In this document: in pieces, positions 49,126-59,164 of the stretch
Layout of the letters: every line of letters begins with the position of its first letter
Position numbering within the stretch: position 1 is the stretch's first letter
DNA from: Betaproteobacteria bacterium Ga0077526
GTDB lineage: Bacteria > Pseudomonadota > Gammaproteobacteria > Burkholderiales > Ga0077523
Assembly: GCA_001464765.1 (NCBI GenBank)
Contig: LNDV01000025.1
Span: 247,679 to 311,678, forward strand
DNA length: 64,000 bases
Direction: 5' to 3'
Notes under the pieces: generated by a model
Told to the model about the DNA's origin: nothing
Seen by the model: the letters and a program-made list of their open reading frames with translations, nothing else
The model's database searches: none
Made by a program: the position numbers and the translations under genes

Positions 49126-49339
49126 CCCGCCGTGTCTAGATCGTGTACATCTAGATCGTACAGAATGCGGGGGTCCAAGACGTAGCGCGATCGGTCGTGC
49201 AGCCTGCGACGACGGCCGGGATGGCGGCGAAGAATTGTTTGTCCGAGTCGTGGAATTCGATCAGGTGGGACCAGCTCGCCCTGATCCGACAAGCCGCGTG
49301 AGGTGAGGGCGCATTTCGAAACGTTCGCGGCAGAGCGTC

Positions 49340-49864
49340 ATGTCCAGGCCCCGACTGTGCCCGTGTCACCTCATCCAGATCTGCGAGTCTCTTGCCCCGA
49401 CTGTCGTCCTTCGCGAGATGTGTTTTCCCCGAGCCCCGGAATTGGACGTCCGGTGGCAACGAGCTGCAGCACGGGCCGAGTTGATGGGCGTCCTGGGTCA
49501 AGCGCTCGGCTTCGATGCCCGGGCGGCCCACTCCGCCGGTCTGTTCGAGGAATGCGGAAAGGCATTGCTGTTTCGACACTCGCCCGACCGCTATCGCTCC
49601 CTCTGGGCGACAGAGCCGACGGACGACAGCACGTTCGGCTCGCTCGAACAAGATGCCTTCGGCATCTCGCACGACATCCTGGGCGCGGCCTTGTGTGAGA
49701 CCCTGGGGCTTGCGGCCCTCGGCCGCACACAGCGCGCGCCACGATGTCGAGTTCCAGTCCACTCTGGTGCTGCCGAACCCAGACAGACATCCCGCCATCT
49801 GCTCCCTGTCTGCTTCGCGCATCGCGTTGTGAGCTTTCCCGCAGACACCGCAAGATGTGTGTAA
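49340..49864 (+). CDS. Possible HDOD-domain-like ORF (uncertain, perhaps a remnant)
   Basis: ...LEQDAFGISHDILGAALCETLGLAALG weakly resembles the HDOD C-terminal motif. No SD was checked, and a larger antisense ORF is present. Confidence 0.25.
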   Translation: MSRPRLCPCHLIQICESLAPTVVLREMCFPRAPELDVRWQRAAARAELMGVLGQALGFDARAAHSAGLFEECGKALLFRHSPDRYRSLWATEPTDDSTFGSLEQDAFGISHDILGAALCETLGLAALGRTQRAPRCRVPVHSGAAEPRQTSRHLLPVCFAHRVVSFPADTARCV

Positions 49865-49965
49865 ATCGTTGCGAAGCAGTTGAACTTGCCCCCGCGCAGA
49901 TTTCAGCGGTCATCCCCGCGGGTAACATCGTCTCGGCGTCCAGGGCTGAGCCCCCGGCCGGCAGC

Positions 49966-52900
49966 TCACACGCTCGACCGCCTCTCGATTTTGATCAGGT
50001 TGCCAATGTGCTCGGGGCGATGCAGCAGATAACCCTGGGCAAAGTCCACTCCAATCACCCGCAGGCGCTCGAGCACCTCGGCGTTGTCGACGAATTCCGC
50101 CACTGTCTTCAGCCCCATCAGTCTGGCCACATCGATAAAGCAGCGTACAGCTGCGTCGTCCAAAGGGTCGCTCAACAGATCGCGAATGAATTGGCCGTCG
50201 ATCTTCAGGTAGTCCACTGGCAGTGTCTTTAGGTACCCGAACGAAGAGGCGCCAGCACCGAAGTCGTCGAGTGCGACTTTGACGCCTGCCTCGCGCACCT
50301 GCCTGATGAAGATGGCGGCGTCCGCCAAGTTGGTGACGGCGGCCGTCTCCGTAATCTCGAGGCAAAGTCTTGAACAAATCGAGTCACCGGCTGCGGTGAA
50401 CAGTTCTAGCGCCCAAGCGTGGAAGGCCCGGTCACCGACAGACTGGCCCGAAAGGTTGACGCTCAGGCTCCCGACGAGGTCCTCCAAGGGCAAGCTTAGA
50501 AGCCAGTCGATCGCATGTCGTAGAACCCAGCGGTCTATTCGCGCCACGAGATGGAAGCGCTCTGCGGCGGGAAGGAATGCTCCAGGTAGCGCCAGCGAAG
50601 CGTCTTCGTTCTGCATGCGCAGCAGGACCTCGGCGTGCACACCTTTCGGCGCTTCCTTGAGACCGTGGATGCGCTGGGCGAACAACACGAAGCCTTCGTG
50701 GTCGAGCGCGTGTTCGATGCGTGACGTCCACTGGACTTCGTGGTGTCTTGCCCTCATCGCGGCGTCGGTGTCGAACCACGCGTGGACCCGATTTCGCCCC
50801 GCCTCCTTGGCGGCGTAGCAGGAAGCGTCCGCAGCCTGATGAATCGCCGCCGTGCTCGCCCAGCGCTTGTCCACGGGCACCAGCCCGATGCTGGTGCCGA
50901 TCCGAAAGCGCCTGTTCTCGTGGATAAACCTGAAATCGTCCATCCGATCGCAGATGTTCTGCGCGACCCGGTTGGCTTGATCCGACGTGCAGTGTTCGAG
51001 GATGATGGCGAACTCGTCGCCTCCCAGGCGTGCGAGCGTGTCGCGACCACGGATCGCATCGGCCAGCAACTTGCTGACCTGTTGCAGCAATCGATCACCA
51101 ATCGCGTGACCGCAAGCGTCGTTGACCAGTTTGAACTGGTCCAGGTCGATGTAGAGAAGCGCGTGATGGCTGTGGTTGTCGTGCGCCTGCCGCAAGGTCC
51201 GTAGCAACCGGGTTTCGAATTCCTCGCGGTTGACCAGGCCCGTCAGCGCGTCGTGCGTGGCGCGATAGGTCATCTCGCCACTCAGCCGCCGCTGTTCGCT
51301 GACGTCGTGGAACACGAGAACGACGCCCAATACTTCGTCTGCGGCATTGCGGATCGGCGCCGCTGAGTCTTCGATTCCAAACTCCGTGCCGTCTCGGGAG
51401 ATCAGCAGCGTGTGGTTCGCCAGGCCGACGATCTTGCCCTGTGCCAGGCAAGTGGCTACCGGGTTCTCCGCGACGGCGCGGGTCTCTTCGTTGACGATGT
51501 GGAAGACTTGGCTCAGCGGGAGCCCCTTTGCCTCGGTGGCCAGCCAGCCCGTCATCCGCTCGGCCACCGGGTTGAGCCAGTTGACCGCACCGGCTGCGTC
51601 GGTGGTGATCACCGCGTCGCCGATGGACTGAAGCGTGACCCGCATCAGTTCGTGCTGCTGAGCGAGTTCCGCACCGAGCTGCAGCAAGGCCTCGTCGCGG
51701 CGCTTGCGTTCCGTGATGTCGGTATGAATGCCGAAGACCCATTCCGGCCGACCATCGGGCGTACGGGCGACAAGACGCCCGCGGTCCTCGACCCAGACCC
51801 AGTGGCCGTCGCGGTGGCGCAGGCGCACTTCGGCCACGTAGGCTTCGCTGCGCCCAGCGAAGTGATCGCGCAGCAGCCGGCGCGTCTGTTCCAGTTCGTC
51901 CGGGTGGGCGACGTCGGCGCGGAATTGGTTCGTCACCGCACCCAGTTCCTCGACTTTCCAGCCGATGATCTCGGCCCAGCGCGGGTTGACGATCACTTCA
52001 CCGGTCTGGACATTCCATTCCCAGGTGCCGGCGCTGGTCCCCTCGATCAGGTTGCGCAGGCGCTCGTGTTCCCTTGCCAGCTCCCGTTCCGCGCGCCGAC
52101 GAAGAGTCACATCCTTGGTCACGGCGAGACTGTGCGTCGGTTGACCGTGTTCGTCGCGCTCGAGGATGGCCGACAGCAGCACGTCGATGATCTCGCCTCG
52201 GCTGCTGACCATCTGGTAAGGCACCTCGTCGCAGCGCCCTTCTCTGAAGAAAGCCGGAAGGACTTCGTCGCGGGCGCGCCGACGCGACTCTTCGGTGAGG
52301 AAGTCCGAAGAAAGCCGTCCGACGACTTCATCGCGCCGGTAGCCCAGGCGGGCCAGCCACGCATCGCTGACGTGCAGCAGCCGATCGGTCGAATCAATCG
52401 AGTGCAGCATGGCCGGTGTGGTCTCGTACATCGCCCGCAGCCGGTCGCGCGCCAACTCGAGAGCCTGCTGATGCTCGCGTCGCTGCGTGATTTCCTGGAC
52501 TGTGCCGCACAGGCCGTCGACCCGCCCAGCGGGGGCGCGCAAGGCCTCGCCGCGGGCTTCCACCCAGCCGCATTGACCGTCGGGGCGCTGGTAGCGCAAC
52601 TCCAGCGTATAGGGCTCGCCTGTTTGCAGCGCGAGCACGACCCGCTCACTCAGCGCTGCGTAGGACTCGGCGTCGTAGATGCGGGCCTGCTCCGCAAAGC
52701 TGGGCGGACCGCCTTGTGGATCGACGCCGAGAATGGAGAACATCTGCGCGGACCAGCTGACACGGTCCCCGTCTAGCTGCCAGGTCCAGCTGCCCGTTCG
52801 ACCCAGTCTCTGGGCTTCTTCCAGGGCCAGTTGCGTCGACTTGAGCGCCGTCACGTCACTGACCTTCACAAAGAAGCCGCGGACCTCGCCACCGCTGCAA

Positions 52901-53589
52901 TCCGGCACGTAGTGCGCCCACGTGTGACCCAGGCTTCCGTCGGCCTTGGTCAGTTCGCGCTCGAACTGTTGCTCCCGGCCGGCCAGAGCAGCTCGGGCAT
53001 AGCCTTCGTTCAGCTTGAAGAGACGTTCTCCGAGCAGCTCCTGGAGCGAGATGCCGATGAGCTGTTCAGGCTGCCGGCCGAACCATTCCACGTAGGCCTT
53101 GTTGGCGAAGCGGCAGCGTAGGTCCTTGTCCCAGTAGCCCACCATGCCAGGAATCGCGTCGGTGATTCCCTTGATGAAGCGTCGACTTTCGTCGAGCGCC
53201 CGGCTCGTGGCTTCGGCCAGATTGCGCTGCTCGACGAGCTCTGCCTCGAACCGGTGGCGATCGCGCGCGACGAACACGGTCCAGAAATACGCAGGCTCAC
53301 GCAGGTGCTCTCCCAGCCGGCTGTTCAGCAGCACGGGCACACGGGCGTGGTCAGAACCGATGACTTGCAAGTGAACTTCCTGGACGCACCCGTCACGTAG
53401 CAGGGTCGGCCAGACGTGGGTCTGCAGGAAGATGCGGCTGGCAGGAGGGAGAAAGTCTTCGATCGAGGTGCCAACGCGGCTCTCTCGCGATCCACCTACC
53501 AGACTCAAGAGTTCAGCGTTGGCGTCGAGCAGCCGCCCCATGGCGTCCGTGACGCCCACGGCGCAGGGCAATTGGTCCAGCGGGCTCAT
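49966..53589 (-). CDS. Multi-PAS sensor protein with GGDEF and EAL domains (c-di-GMP turnover), 1207 aa
   Basis: Five to six PAS/PAC modules, GGDEF (RLGGDEFAIIL) and EAL (CLEITETAAV ... KIDGQFIRDL). Confidence 0.9.
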   Translation of the reverse strand: MSPLDQLPCAVGVTDAMGRLLDANAELLSLVGGSRESRVGTSIEDFLPPASRIFLQTHVWPTLLRDGCVQEVHLQVIGSDHARVPVLLNSRLGEHLREPAYFWTVFVARDRHRFEAELVEQRNLAEATSRALDESRRFIKGITDAIPGMVGYWDKDLRCRFANKAYVEWFGRQPEQLIGISLQELLGERLFKLNEGYARAALAGREQQFERELTKADGSLGHTWAHYVPDCSGGEVRGFFVKVSDVTALKSTQLALEEAQRLGRTGSWTWQLDGDRVSWSAQMFSILGVDPQGGPPSFAEQARIYDAESYAALSERVVLALQTGEPYTLELRYQRPDGQCGWVEARGEALRAPAGRVDGLCGTVQEITQRREHQQALELARDRLRAMYETTPAMLHSIDSTDRLLHVSDAWLARLGYRRDEVVGRLSSDFLTEESRRRARDEVLPAFFREGRCDEVPYQMVSSRGEIIDVLLSAILERDEHGQPTHSLAVTKDVTLRRRAERELAREHERLRNLIEGTSAGTWEWNVQTGEVIVNPRWAEIIGWKVEELGAVTNQFRADVAHPDELEQTRRLLRDHFAGRSEAYVAEVRLRHRDGHWVWVEDRGRLVARTPDGRPEWVFGIHTDITERKRRDEALLQLGAELAQQHELMRVTLQSIGDAVITTDAAGAVNWLNPVAERMTGWLATEAKGLPLSQVFHIVNEETRAVAENPVATCLAQGKIVGLANHTLLISRDGTEFGIEDSAAPIRNAADEVLGVVLVFHDVSEQRRLSGEMTYRATHDALTGLVNREEFETRLLRTLRQAHDNHSHHALLYIDLDQFKLVNDACGHAIGDRLLQQVSKLLADAIRGRDTLARLGGDEFAIILEHCTSDQANRVAQNICDRMDDFRFIHENRRFRIGTSIGLVPVDKRWASTAAIHQAADASCYAAKEAGRNRVHAWFDTDAAMRARHHEVQWTSRIEHALDHEGFVLFAQRIHGLKEAPKGVHAEVLLRMQNEDASLALPGAFLPAAERFHLVARIDRWVLRHAIDWLLSLPLEDLVGSLSVNLSGQSVGDRAFHAWALELFTAAGDSICSRLCLEITETAAVTNLADAAIFIRQVREAGVKVALDDFGAGASSFGYLKTLPVDYLKIDGQFIRDLLSDPLDDAAVRCFIDVARLMGLKTVAEFVDNAEVLERLRVIGVDFAQGYLLHRPEHIGNLIKIERRSSV

Positions 53590-53621
53590 GGACGAGGGCC
53601 TGTGTCAACCGTTACCGGCAA

Positions 53622-54419
53622 CTACGCCAGATAGTCGCGCATGGCGTCGATCACGAGGGCCGGATTGCTGAGGTGCGCGCAATGCCCCGCAACGTCCAGC
53701 ACCCGCAAGGTGCTGCCGGGCAAGCGGGCATGGAGGTACTCGCCCACACCCAGGGGGGCGAGGTTGTCCTTGCGGTGCTGCAGCAGCAGAGACGGCCGCG
53801 ACACCTTGGGCAGGTCAGCCCGGTTGTCGGCGAAGAAGGTGGCTCGCGCGAACACCTTCGCCACGACCGGATCTGTCGAGCAGAAGCTGTCGGCCAGTGT
53901 GCTGGCCACGGCGCCTTCGCCCGCCGCGCCCGCCACGACGGGCGCCAAGTACTGGGCCCATCCCATGTAGTTCTGATCCATCAGGGTCAACAAGCCTTCG
54001 AGATCTTCGCGCTCGAAGCCTCCGAGGTAGGCAGGCGGATCGTTCAGGAAGCACGGCGACGGGCCTAGTAGAACGAGCCTGTCGAACAAGTCCGGACGCT
54101 CTATCGAGGCGAGGATGCCAATGCTGCAGCTGACAGAATGGCCGACGAACGTCACCCCATCCTTCAGGCCGAGTGCGTCGCAGACTTCGATGACGTCTTG
54201 CGCGTAACCCTTCAGGTCGGCGTAACGCGTTGGGTCGAAGGCGGTGCGATCGGACTTTCCGCTGCCCACATAGTCAAAGAGCACCTGGCGATGCGTCGAC
54301 GCAAAGGCCGGCGTGACGAGGTTCCACATGTCCTGGCTGCAGCCAAAGCCGTGCGCATAGAGTAGAACGGGGCCACTTTCACGCAGGACCTTGACATTGT
54401 TTCGCTCGAGGATTTGCAC
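53622..54419 (-). CDS. Alpha/beta hydrolase, RsbQ/D14-like
   Basis: GTG start with an AAGGAGA SD. Sequence VQILERNNVKVLRESGPVLLYAHGFGCSQDMW..GHSVS nucleophile elbow ...H. An ATG at 54443 is an alternative start. Confidence 0.8.
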   Translation of the reverse strand: MQILERNNVKVLRESGPVLLYAHGFGCSQDMWNLVTPAFASTHRQVLFDYVGSGKSDRTAFDPTRYADLKGYAQDVIEVCDALGLKDGVTFVGHSVSCSIGILASIERPDLFDRLVLLGPSPCFLNDPPAYLGGFEREDLEGLLTLMDQNYMGWAQYLAPVVAGAAGEGAVASTLADSFCSTDPVVAKVFARATFFADNRADLPKVSRPSLLLQHRKDNLAPLGVGEYLHARLPGSTLRVLDVAGHCAHLSNPALVIDAMRDYLA

Positions 54420-55147
54420 CGAAGTCTCCTTTAGTCGCCGCATCCTTGTATGGCGTTCTGCGGCTATGCTGGGCGCGGGCGATCGGACATTGGCGCAGGA
54501 AACCCGGACGCGGGCGGTCGCGGCACCACAATTGCCCACAGACTTATCTAGCTTCCTCGCAAATTTCCGCTGATTTTTCAGCTCTTGTCAATCCGCGGGC
54601 TAACGGAGCCAGCGCAAAGTGGCGTTTAGCGGCCCCGAACGGGTGATGGGTTTCGCCCGATTTCGAGGCCGTCGCAATCGCTGTTGGCGAGGCTGGTTGA
54701 GCCCGGTGATGATCGCGGTCGAACACTTCATCGAGCCACTGGTTGTAGCGGTCGGTCAGCTCGGTGCTGATCAGGGTTCGGAGGAATTTGTCGCCGAGCC
54801 AGTGACTGGCGTGGAGGCAGCCGTGGTCGCCGTTGTTGTCCAGGTGCGCCGGAACCCACTGGCGAACGGCGCGCTGTGCGTAGGTTGTCGCGGGGGTGAA
54901 CCGGGGCTTCAGGCTCACCAGCAGGATGACTGGTTCTCCAGACTGACGGTGGTGCGATTGCGACCGAGCTTGACGTGATGGCGATGATAGCCGCGGGTGA
55001 GCATGTCGAGGTGGCGCGTGGTGGGTGGAGAGCAGGTTCCAGTCAGACGTGCAGGTGAAGGTCTGCGTCATCTGGCTGGGTGTGCCGGCCGGCGTGCGCA
55101 GGATGGTGACATCGCCGATGTCGGCGTAGACCATTTCTGTGCGCCGC

Positions 55148-55723
55148 TCAAGCGGGTCTGCTGTGTGCCTCATCCTCCTGAGACAGCAACTTCAGTCCCA
55201 ATGCCGCTTCCCGCTCGAGAGCGGCCAGCAATGCCTCCCGTTCGAGCGGCACTTCCACCGGTAACGAACCGACCCGGCGTGTGCGTTTCAGCAGGTTCGC
55301 CCGATGCGAGGCCACGTATGCATAGAGGTCCTGCGCCCGGTATCCGTCGGGAAAGACGTGACTCACCTCGATATCGTCCGTGCTCACGACCGACGCCCGG
55401 ATCGGGCCGGTCGCGCCCTCGGGCTCGAGCAGCAGGTAGTTGCCGTCCTCGACGTCCATCACGCCGCTTCGAATGAGTGCGGGCTCTCCACGGACGAGCC
55501 GCTCACGCGCTACGCTGAGCTGCGGTGTGATGCGATGCAAGGGGCCGAGGCTCAGGCGCGGCGCAAGATGTTCCCGACCTCCCGCCATGATGCTGATCGT
55601 GACCATGCTCAAGTCCACGCGATTCGCTAACCGGGCGGCGGCGTCGAGTGCGAGATAGTCCGACAACGTGATGGTGTCGGCGGATGCGCCCAGGTAGAGC
55701 ATCAATCGGAAGTCGTCGTGCAT
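55148..55723 (-). CDS. Hypothetical protein (190 aa) immediately downstream of the giant repeat protein
   Basis: MHDDFRLMLYLGASADTITLSDYLALDAAARLANRVDLSMVTISIMAGG... has no recognisable domain. It is 80 nt downstream of the stop of the 55802..58663 gene. Confidence 0.5.
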   Translation of the reverse strand: MHDDFRLMLYLGASADTITLSDYLALDAAARLANRVDLSMVTISIMAGGREHLAPRLSLGPLHRITPQLSVARERLVRGEPALIRSGVMDVEDGNYLLLEPEGATGPIRASVVSTDDIEVSHVFPDGYRAQDLYAYVASHRANLLKRTRRVGSLPVEVPLEREALLAALEREAALGLKLLSQEDEAHSRPA

Positions 55724-55801
55724 GCGAACCTCTCGTTTGGCGGTCGTTGCGCGCGGGACGGCCACCTGCGCCGACTTGGCCGTCCGGCGTCCGGCGCCTC
55801 G

Positions 55802-58663
55802 TCAGGGAATATGCCCCATCAGGCGACCGATGGCCACCAGATCCCGCCCCGGCAGATTCGCTGCCGCCGCCGCGGGGCGCGGATAGTACTGGGTTATGCC
55901 CACGGGGTATGTGTTCGCTGCCGGGGCGCCGGAGCGCTCCACGCCGACGCGATAGTTCGCTATGTCCTGCTGCAGGAAACTGCCCCCGCCCACCATCGGC
56001 AACCAAGCCGACTGGTCCGCGAGCCCCTGAACGGCTGCGTTTCCCGGCAGCGCACCAACAAGCGCTCCCACATTCGTACCCACCGCGAGCATCCCGATAT
56101 TGCCGCCGTTGTTGTTGCGCATGCAGTTGGCGAACGTGAAGAGAAAGCGCTCGTAAGTGTGCCCCTCCTGGACATGCCGTTGCCGATTGCCATTGATGCC
56201 GAGGCTCACCTGATAGCCGCCGCCGTTGAGGGCTCCGGCAAACACCACCGCGGGTACCGCAACGACCGGCGCCGCACCCGCCACGTGGTTGGCGACAAAC
56301 AGCGGGGCCTGCACTTGAAGTGTCGCCCAGGCCGGCGCACCGCACACGCCGCCCGCAGCCGCGCTTCGGATCCATGCGGGCTGCCAGGCATGGGCAGCTG
56401 CCCGCTGCAGGGCCCACACCAGCTGCGCGTTCGAAGGTGCGCCCGGACGGGTCAGGACGTTGCCGATCGTGGTCCCGACTTCCTGAGCCCCCCAATTCGC
56501 CGCCGGCACGAGGGCGGCGCCCGCGGCCGCGGCGCCACCAGTCCCGAGAAAGGTGGACAGCGACGCCGCCGGGATCGTCGCGAGAATCGCGGCGCCGACA
56601 CAAGTCCCGGCATCGGCGGCAGTCCAGCCGGCACCCAGCATGCCGAAGCTGTTCGCGGGAAAGTTGGCGGCCTGCTGCAGGGCGACCAGCTGGGCCGCGG
56701 TGAGGCCTGCGGCGATTACGCTGGCCACAAAGATACCGAACTGGTCGGGGGCCCAACCGGCGCCCATCATCGCCGCCCCGGACGCCGGGAAGTTCGGCGC
56801 CACCAGCACAGCTTGCAGATTCGCTGCACCCAGACCCGCCGCGAGCGCCGCCCCAGCGAATCCCCCAAGCTGGGCCGGTGTCCAGCCCGCTGCGACCATC
56901 GCCTGCGTCGAGGCCGGCACACCCGGGGTGGTGAGCAATCCCTGCAAGGTGGCTGCGGCCACGCCGGTCGCCAATGCCGTCCCGAGAAAAGTGCCCAGCG
57001 GGGCATATGTCCAGCCGGCGGCGATCAGGTTCGCGGCCGAACCGGGAAACCCCGCCTGAGACAGCAGCGTCTGGAACGCTGTCGCCGTCGCGGTGGCGGC
57101 CAGCACTGCGGACGTGAAGGTGGCGAACTGCGCGGCAGTCCACCCTGCTGCCACCATCGCGAAGGACGACGCCGGAAAACCAACCGTGCCAAGCAAGGTC
57201 TGCAGCGCTGGCGCTGCGGTGCCCGTCGCGATGGTCTGCGTGACGAACGCGACGAGATTTGCGTTGGTCCATCCGGCGTTGCACATCGCCGCGAGATCGT
57301 TCGGCGCCCAGTTGGCGATGCGAGCCAACGCCGCGACATCGTTTTCCTGGTTGGCGAGATTCGCGTGCGCCGACGCCATGGCCACCCACTGTGCGGCTGT
57401 GCGACCGCCGGCATTGGCTGCGAACAACCCTGCCAGGGCGGATGCGTTCGCGGCGTTCCAGCCGCCCGCGATTCGCACAAACAGCGCCGCGTCATTCTCC
57501 TGATTGACCAGGCCGCCGCCCGCGCCTGCGACAGCCGCCCACTGTGTCGCCGTGCGGCCTCCGGCATTGACGCAGTAGAGGCTGGCGAGTGTCGCCAGGT
57601 TGGGCGCATTCCACCCGACACCGATCCGCGCAAACGACGCCACGTCGGCGTGCTGATTCGCCAGTGTGTTGCCGGCAACGGCGATCGCAATCCAATCCCC
57701 CGCCCCGAGGCCAGCCGCATTGGCAACGAACGCGCCGGCGAGTGCCGCGAGACCAGCAGCATTCCATCCGCCGGCAGTCCGGGCGAAGGCCGCGACATCG
57801 TTTTCCTGATTGGCGAGCGCGTTGCCGACACCGGCAATCGCAGCCCACTCCCGCGCCGTACGCCCGCCTGGGTTGCCGAGAAAGAGGCCCGCCAGAGCGG
57901 CCAGATTTCCCCCATTCCATCCGCCTCCGACGCGGGCGAAGGCCGCGACGGCGTCTTCCCGGTCGACCAGCACTTTGCCGATGTCGTACCACTCCTGCGC
58001 GCCGCGTCCGCCGTTGTCACCCTGAAAACGACGCACCAGACCCACGGCATTCGCCGGCGTCCATGCCGCCAGTTCCAGCCCGAAGCGCTGGACGATGTCC
58101 ACGTGCAAGCCGCTTTCCACGAAGGCGAGTGCCAGGGCTCGAGCCATTGCGGAAGCGACGCCGTTGCTCTCCAGACGAGCGGCCCACAGGGAATGGGCGT
58201 TGGGCCCCTTCTTCCCCCTCGCAAGCTGAATCGGCGGCGCTGGCCCATTGGACGCGGCGTGGTGATGTGGCGTTCGCCGTGCCGATGACATCCGCGCGGG
58301 CTCGGTGACTGCAGGCGTCATTCCTCTTGGCGCAGACGGCGCTGTCCCCCGACCGCCGCCAGGAGCAACGGCACCGAATGCGGCCGCGATGCTATCGCCT
58401 TGGGCCTGCATGACGGGGGAGCCGATCAACGCCTGCGCGGAACGCCTTTGCGTCACGGTCACCGGACCACCCGCGATGGCCCTGGCCGTCTCCCTCTGCC
58501 CGCGAGCGCGCGGGCTGCCGTTGATCGAGGCGTCGTTGCCGCCGGCCGTACCTGCCGCGAGACGGACGGACTCACCCTCGACCGTGGACACGGATCTCGA
58601 TTCCGGCTCCCTCGAAGCGCCGACTTCCGCCTTTGGTATCGATACCCTGGAGATCTCGCTCAT
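55802..58663 (-). CDS. Giant tandem-repeat protein (~953 aa): Ser-rich N-terminus, six ~47-aa repeats, seven ~43-aa repeats, and an unclassified C-terminal domain
   Basis: Start MSEISRVSIPKAEVGASREPESRSVSTVEGES with a GGGGAAGGTG SD; the track ORF begins further upstream at 58786. Repeat family 1 is VAAFARxxGGWNAxNLAALAGLFxxNAGGRTAxxWAAxAGxGNxLANQEND. Repeat family 2 is FPASxxAMVAAGWTxAQxGxFxxAxLAAGxxAAxLQxLL. The C-terminal ~200 aa include GINGNRQRHVQEGHTYERFLFTFANCMRNNNGGN. Confidence 0.65.
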   Translation of the reverse strand: MSEISRVSIPKAEVGASREPESRSVSTVEGESVRLAAGTAGGNDASINGSPRARGQRETARAIAGGPVTVTQRRSAQALIGSPVMQAQGDSIAAAFGAVAPGGGRGTAPSAPRGMTPAVTEPARMSSARRTPHHHAASNGPAPPIQLARGKKGPNAHSLWAARLESNGVASAMARALALAFVESGLHVDIVQRFGLELAAWTPANAVGLVRRFQGDNGGRGAQEWYDIGKVLVDREDAVAAFARVGGGWNGGNLAALAGLFLGNPGGRTAREWAAIAGVGNALANQENDVAAFARTAGGWNAAGLAALAGAFVANAAGLGAGDWIAIAVAGNTLANQHADVASFARIGVGWNAPNLATLASLYCVNAGGRTATQWAAVAGAGGGLVNQENDAALFVRIAGGWNAANASALAGLFAANAGGRTAAQWVAMASAHANLANQENDVAALARIANWAPNDLAAMCNAGWTNANLVAFVTQTIATGTAAPALQTLLGTVGFPASSFAMVAAGWTAAQFATFTSAVLAATATATAFQTLLSQAGFPGSAANLIAAGWTYAPLGTFLGTALATGVAAATLQGLLTTPGVPASTQAMVAAGWTPAQLGGFAGAALAAGLGAANLQAVLVAPNFPASGAAMMGAGWAPDQFGIFVASVIAAGLTAAQLVALQQAANFPANSFGMLGAGWTAADAGTCVGAAILATIPAASLSTFLGTGGAAAAGAALVPAANWGAQEVGTTIGNVLTRPGAPSNAQLVWALQRAAAHAWQPAWIRSAAAGGVCGAPAWATLQVQAPLFVANHVAGAAPVVAVPAVVFAGALNGGGYQVSLGINGNRQRHVQEGHTYERFLFTFANCMRNNNGGNIGMLAVGTNVGALVGALPGNAAVQGLADQSAWLPMVGGGSFLQQDIANYRVGVERSGAPAANTYPVGITQYYPRPAAAAANLPGRDLVAIGRLMGHIP

Positions 58664-59164
58664 CACCTTCCCCGGCCAGCCACACCTCGGGTGGGCACCC
58701 GCCCTCCCGAGCAACTCTGACGGGAGTCTGTCAGGTTCGCGCGGACATGCCATCGGCAGGATGCTGACCCGGGGGTTCTCGAACACCTAGCGAATCACGC
58801 GCGGCCGTGCGAACTGCGCTTTCGGCACCGCACTCCCCGGCGACCGGCCCACCCGCTACCGGCAAGCCGCAGGTCATGATGAGTCCTCCAGTCAACGTCG
58901 CATGACGCGGCCTGGAGCGCTGTTTGCCAGCAGGGGCGGGAAGCCGTAGCCGGGATTGCGGGCGATCCCGGCTTCCCGGGCTCGTTCGTGCCCAGTCGGC
59001 TGGTTGCGGCCAGTCGATGGCGTCCGGTTCACAGCTTCGACGGGAGATCGACAAGACCGCGTTGGCACACACCAACCCTTTGCGACAGCCGGCATGGCCG
59101 AGAGCAGGCGCTCGCCTGGAACGCCGGTGTATTCTCCAGTGAAGACCAAAGGAGAAGGGAATCG

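Noticed and set aside
49151-49822. 223-aa minus-strand ORF next to the island end, checked as a possible integrase
   Set aside because: No integrase motifs (no R..HxxR..Y pattern). It is antisense to the HDOD-like ORF and has low-complexity composition.
54544-55173. 209-codon minus-strand ORF and overlapping plus-strand ORF 54619..54978 between the hydrolase and the 190-aa gene, which I considered as a degraded transposase/integrase (LDNNGDHGCLHASHWLGDKF...)
   Set aside because: There is only a vague DDE-like resemblance, no terminal repeats, and both strands give equally poor ORFs. It is more likely a non-coding spacer or a very decayed remnant. Left unannotated.
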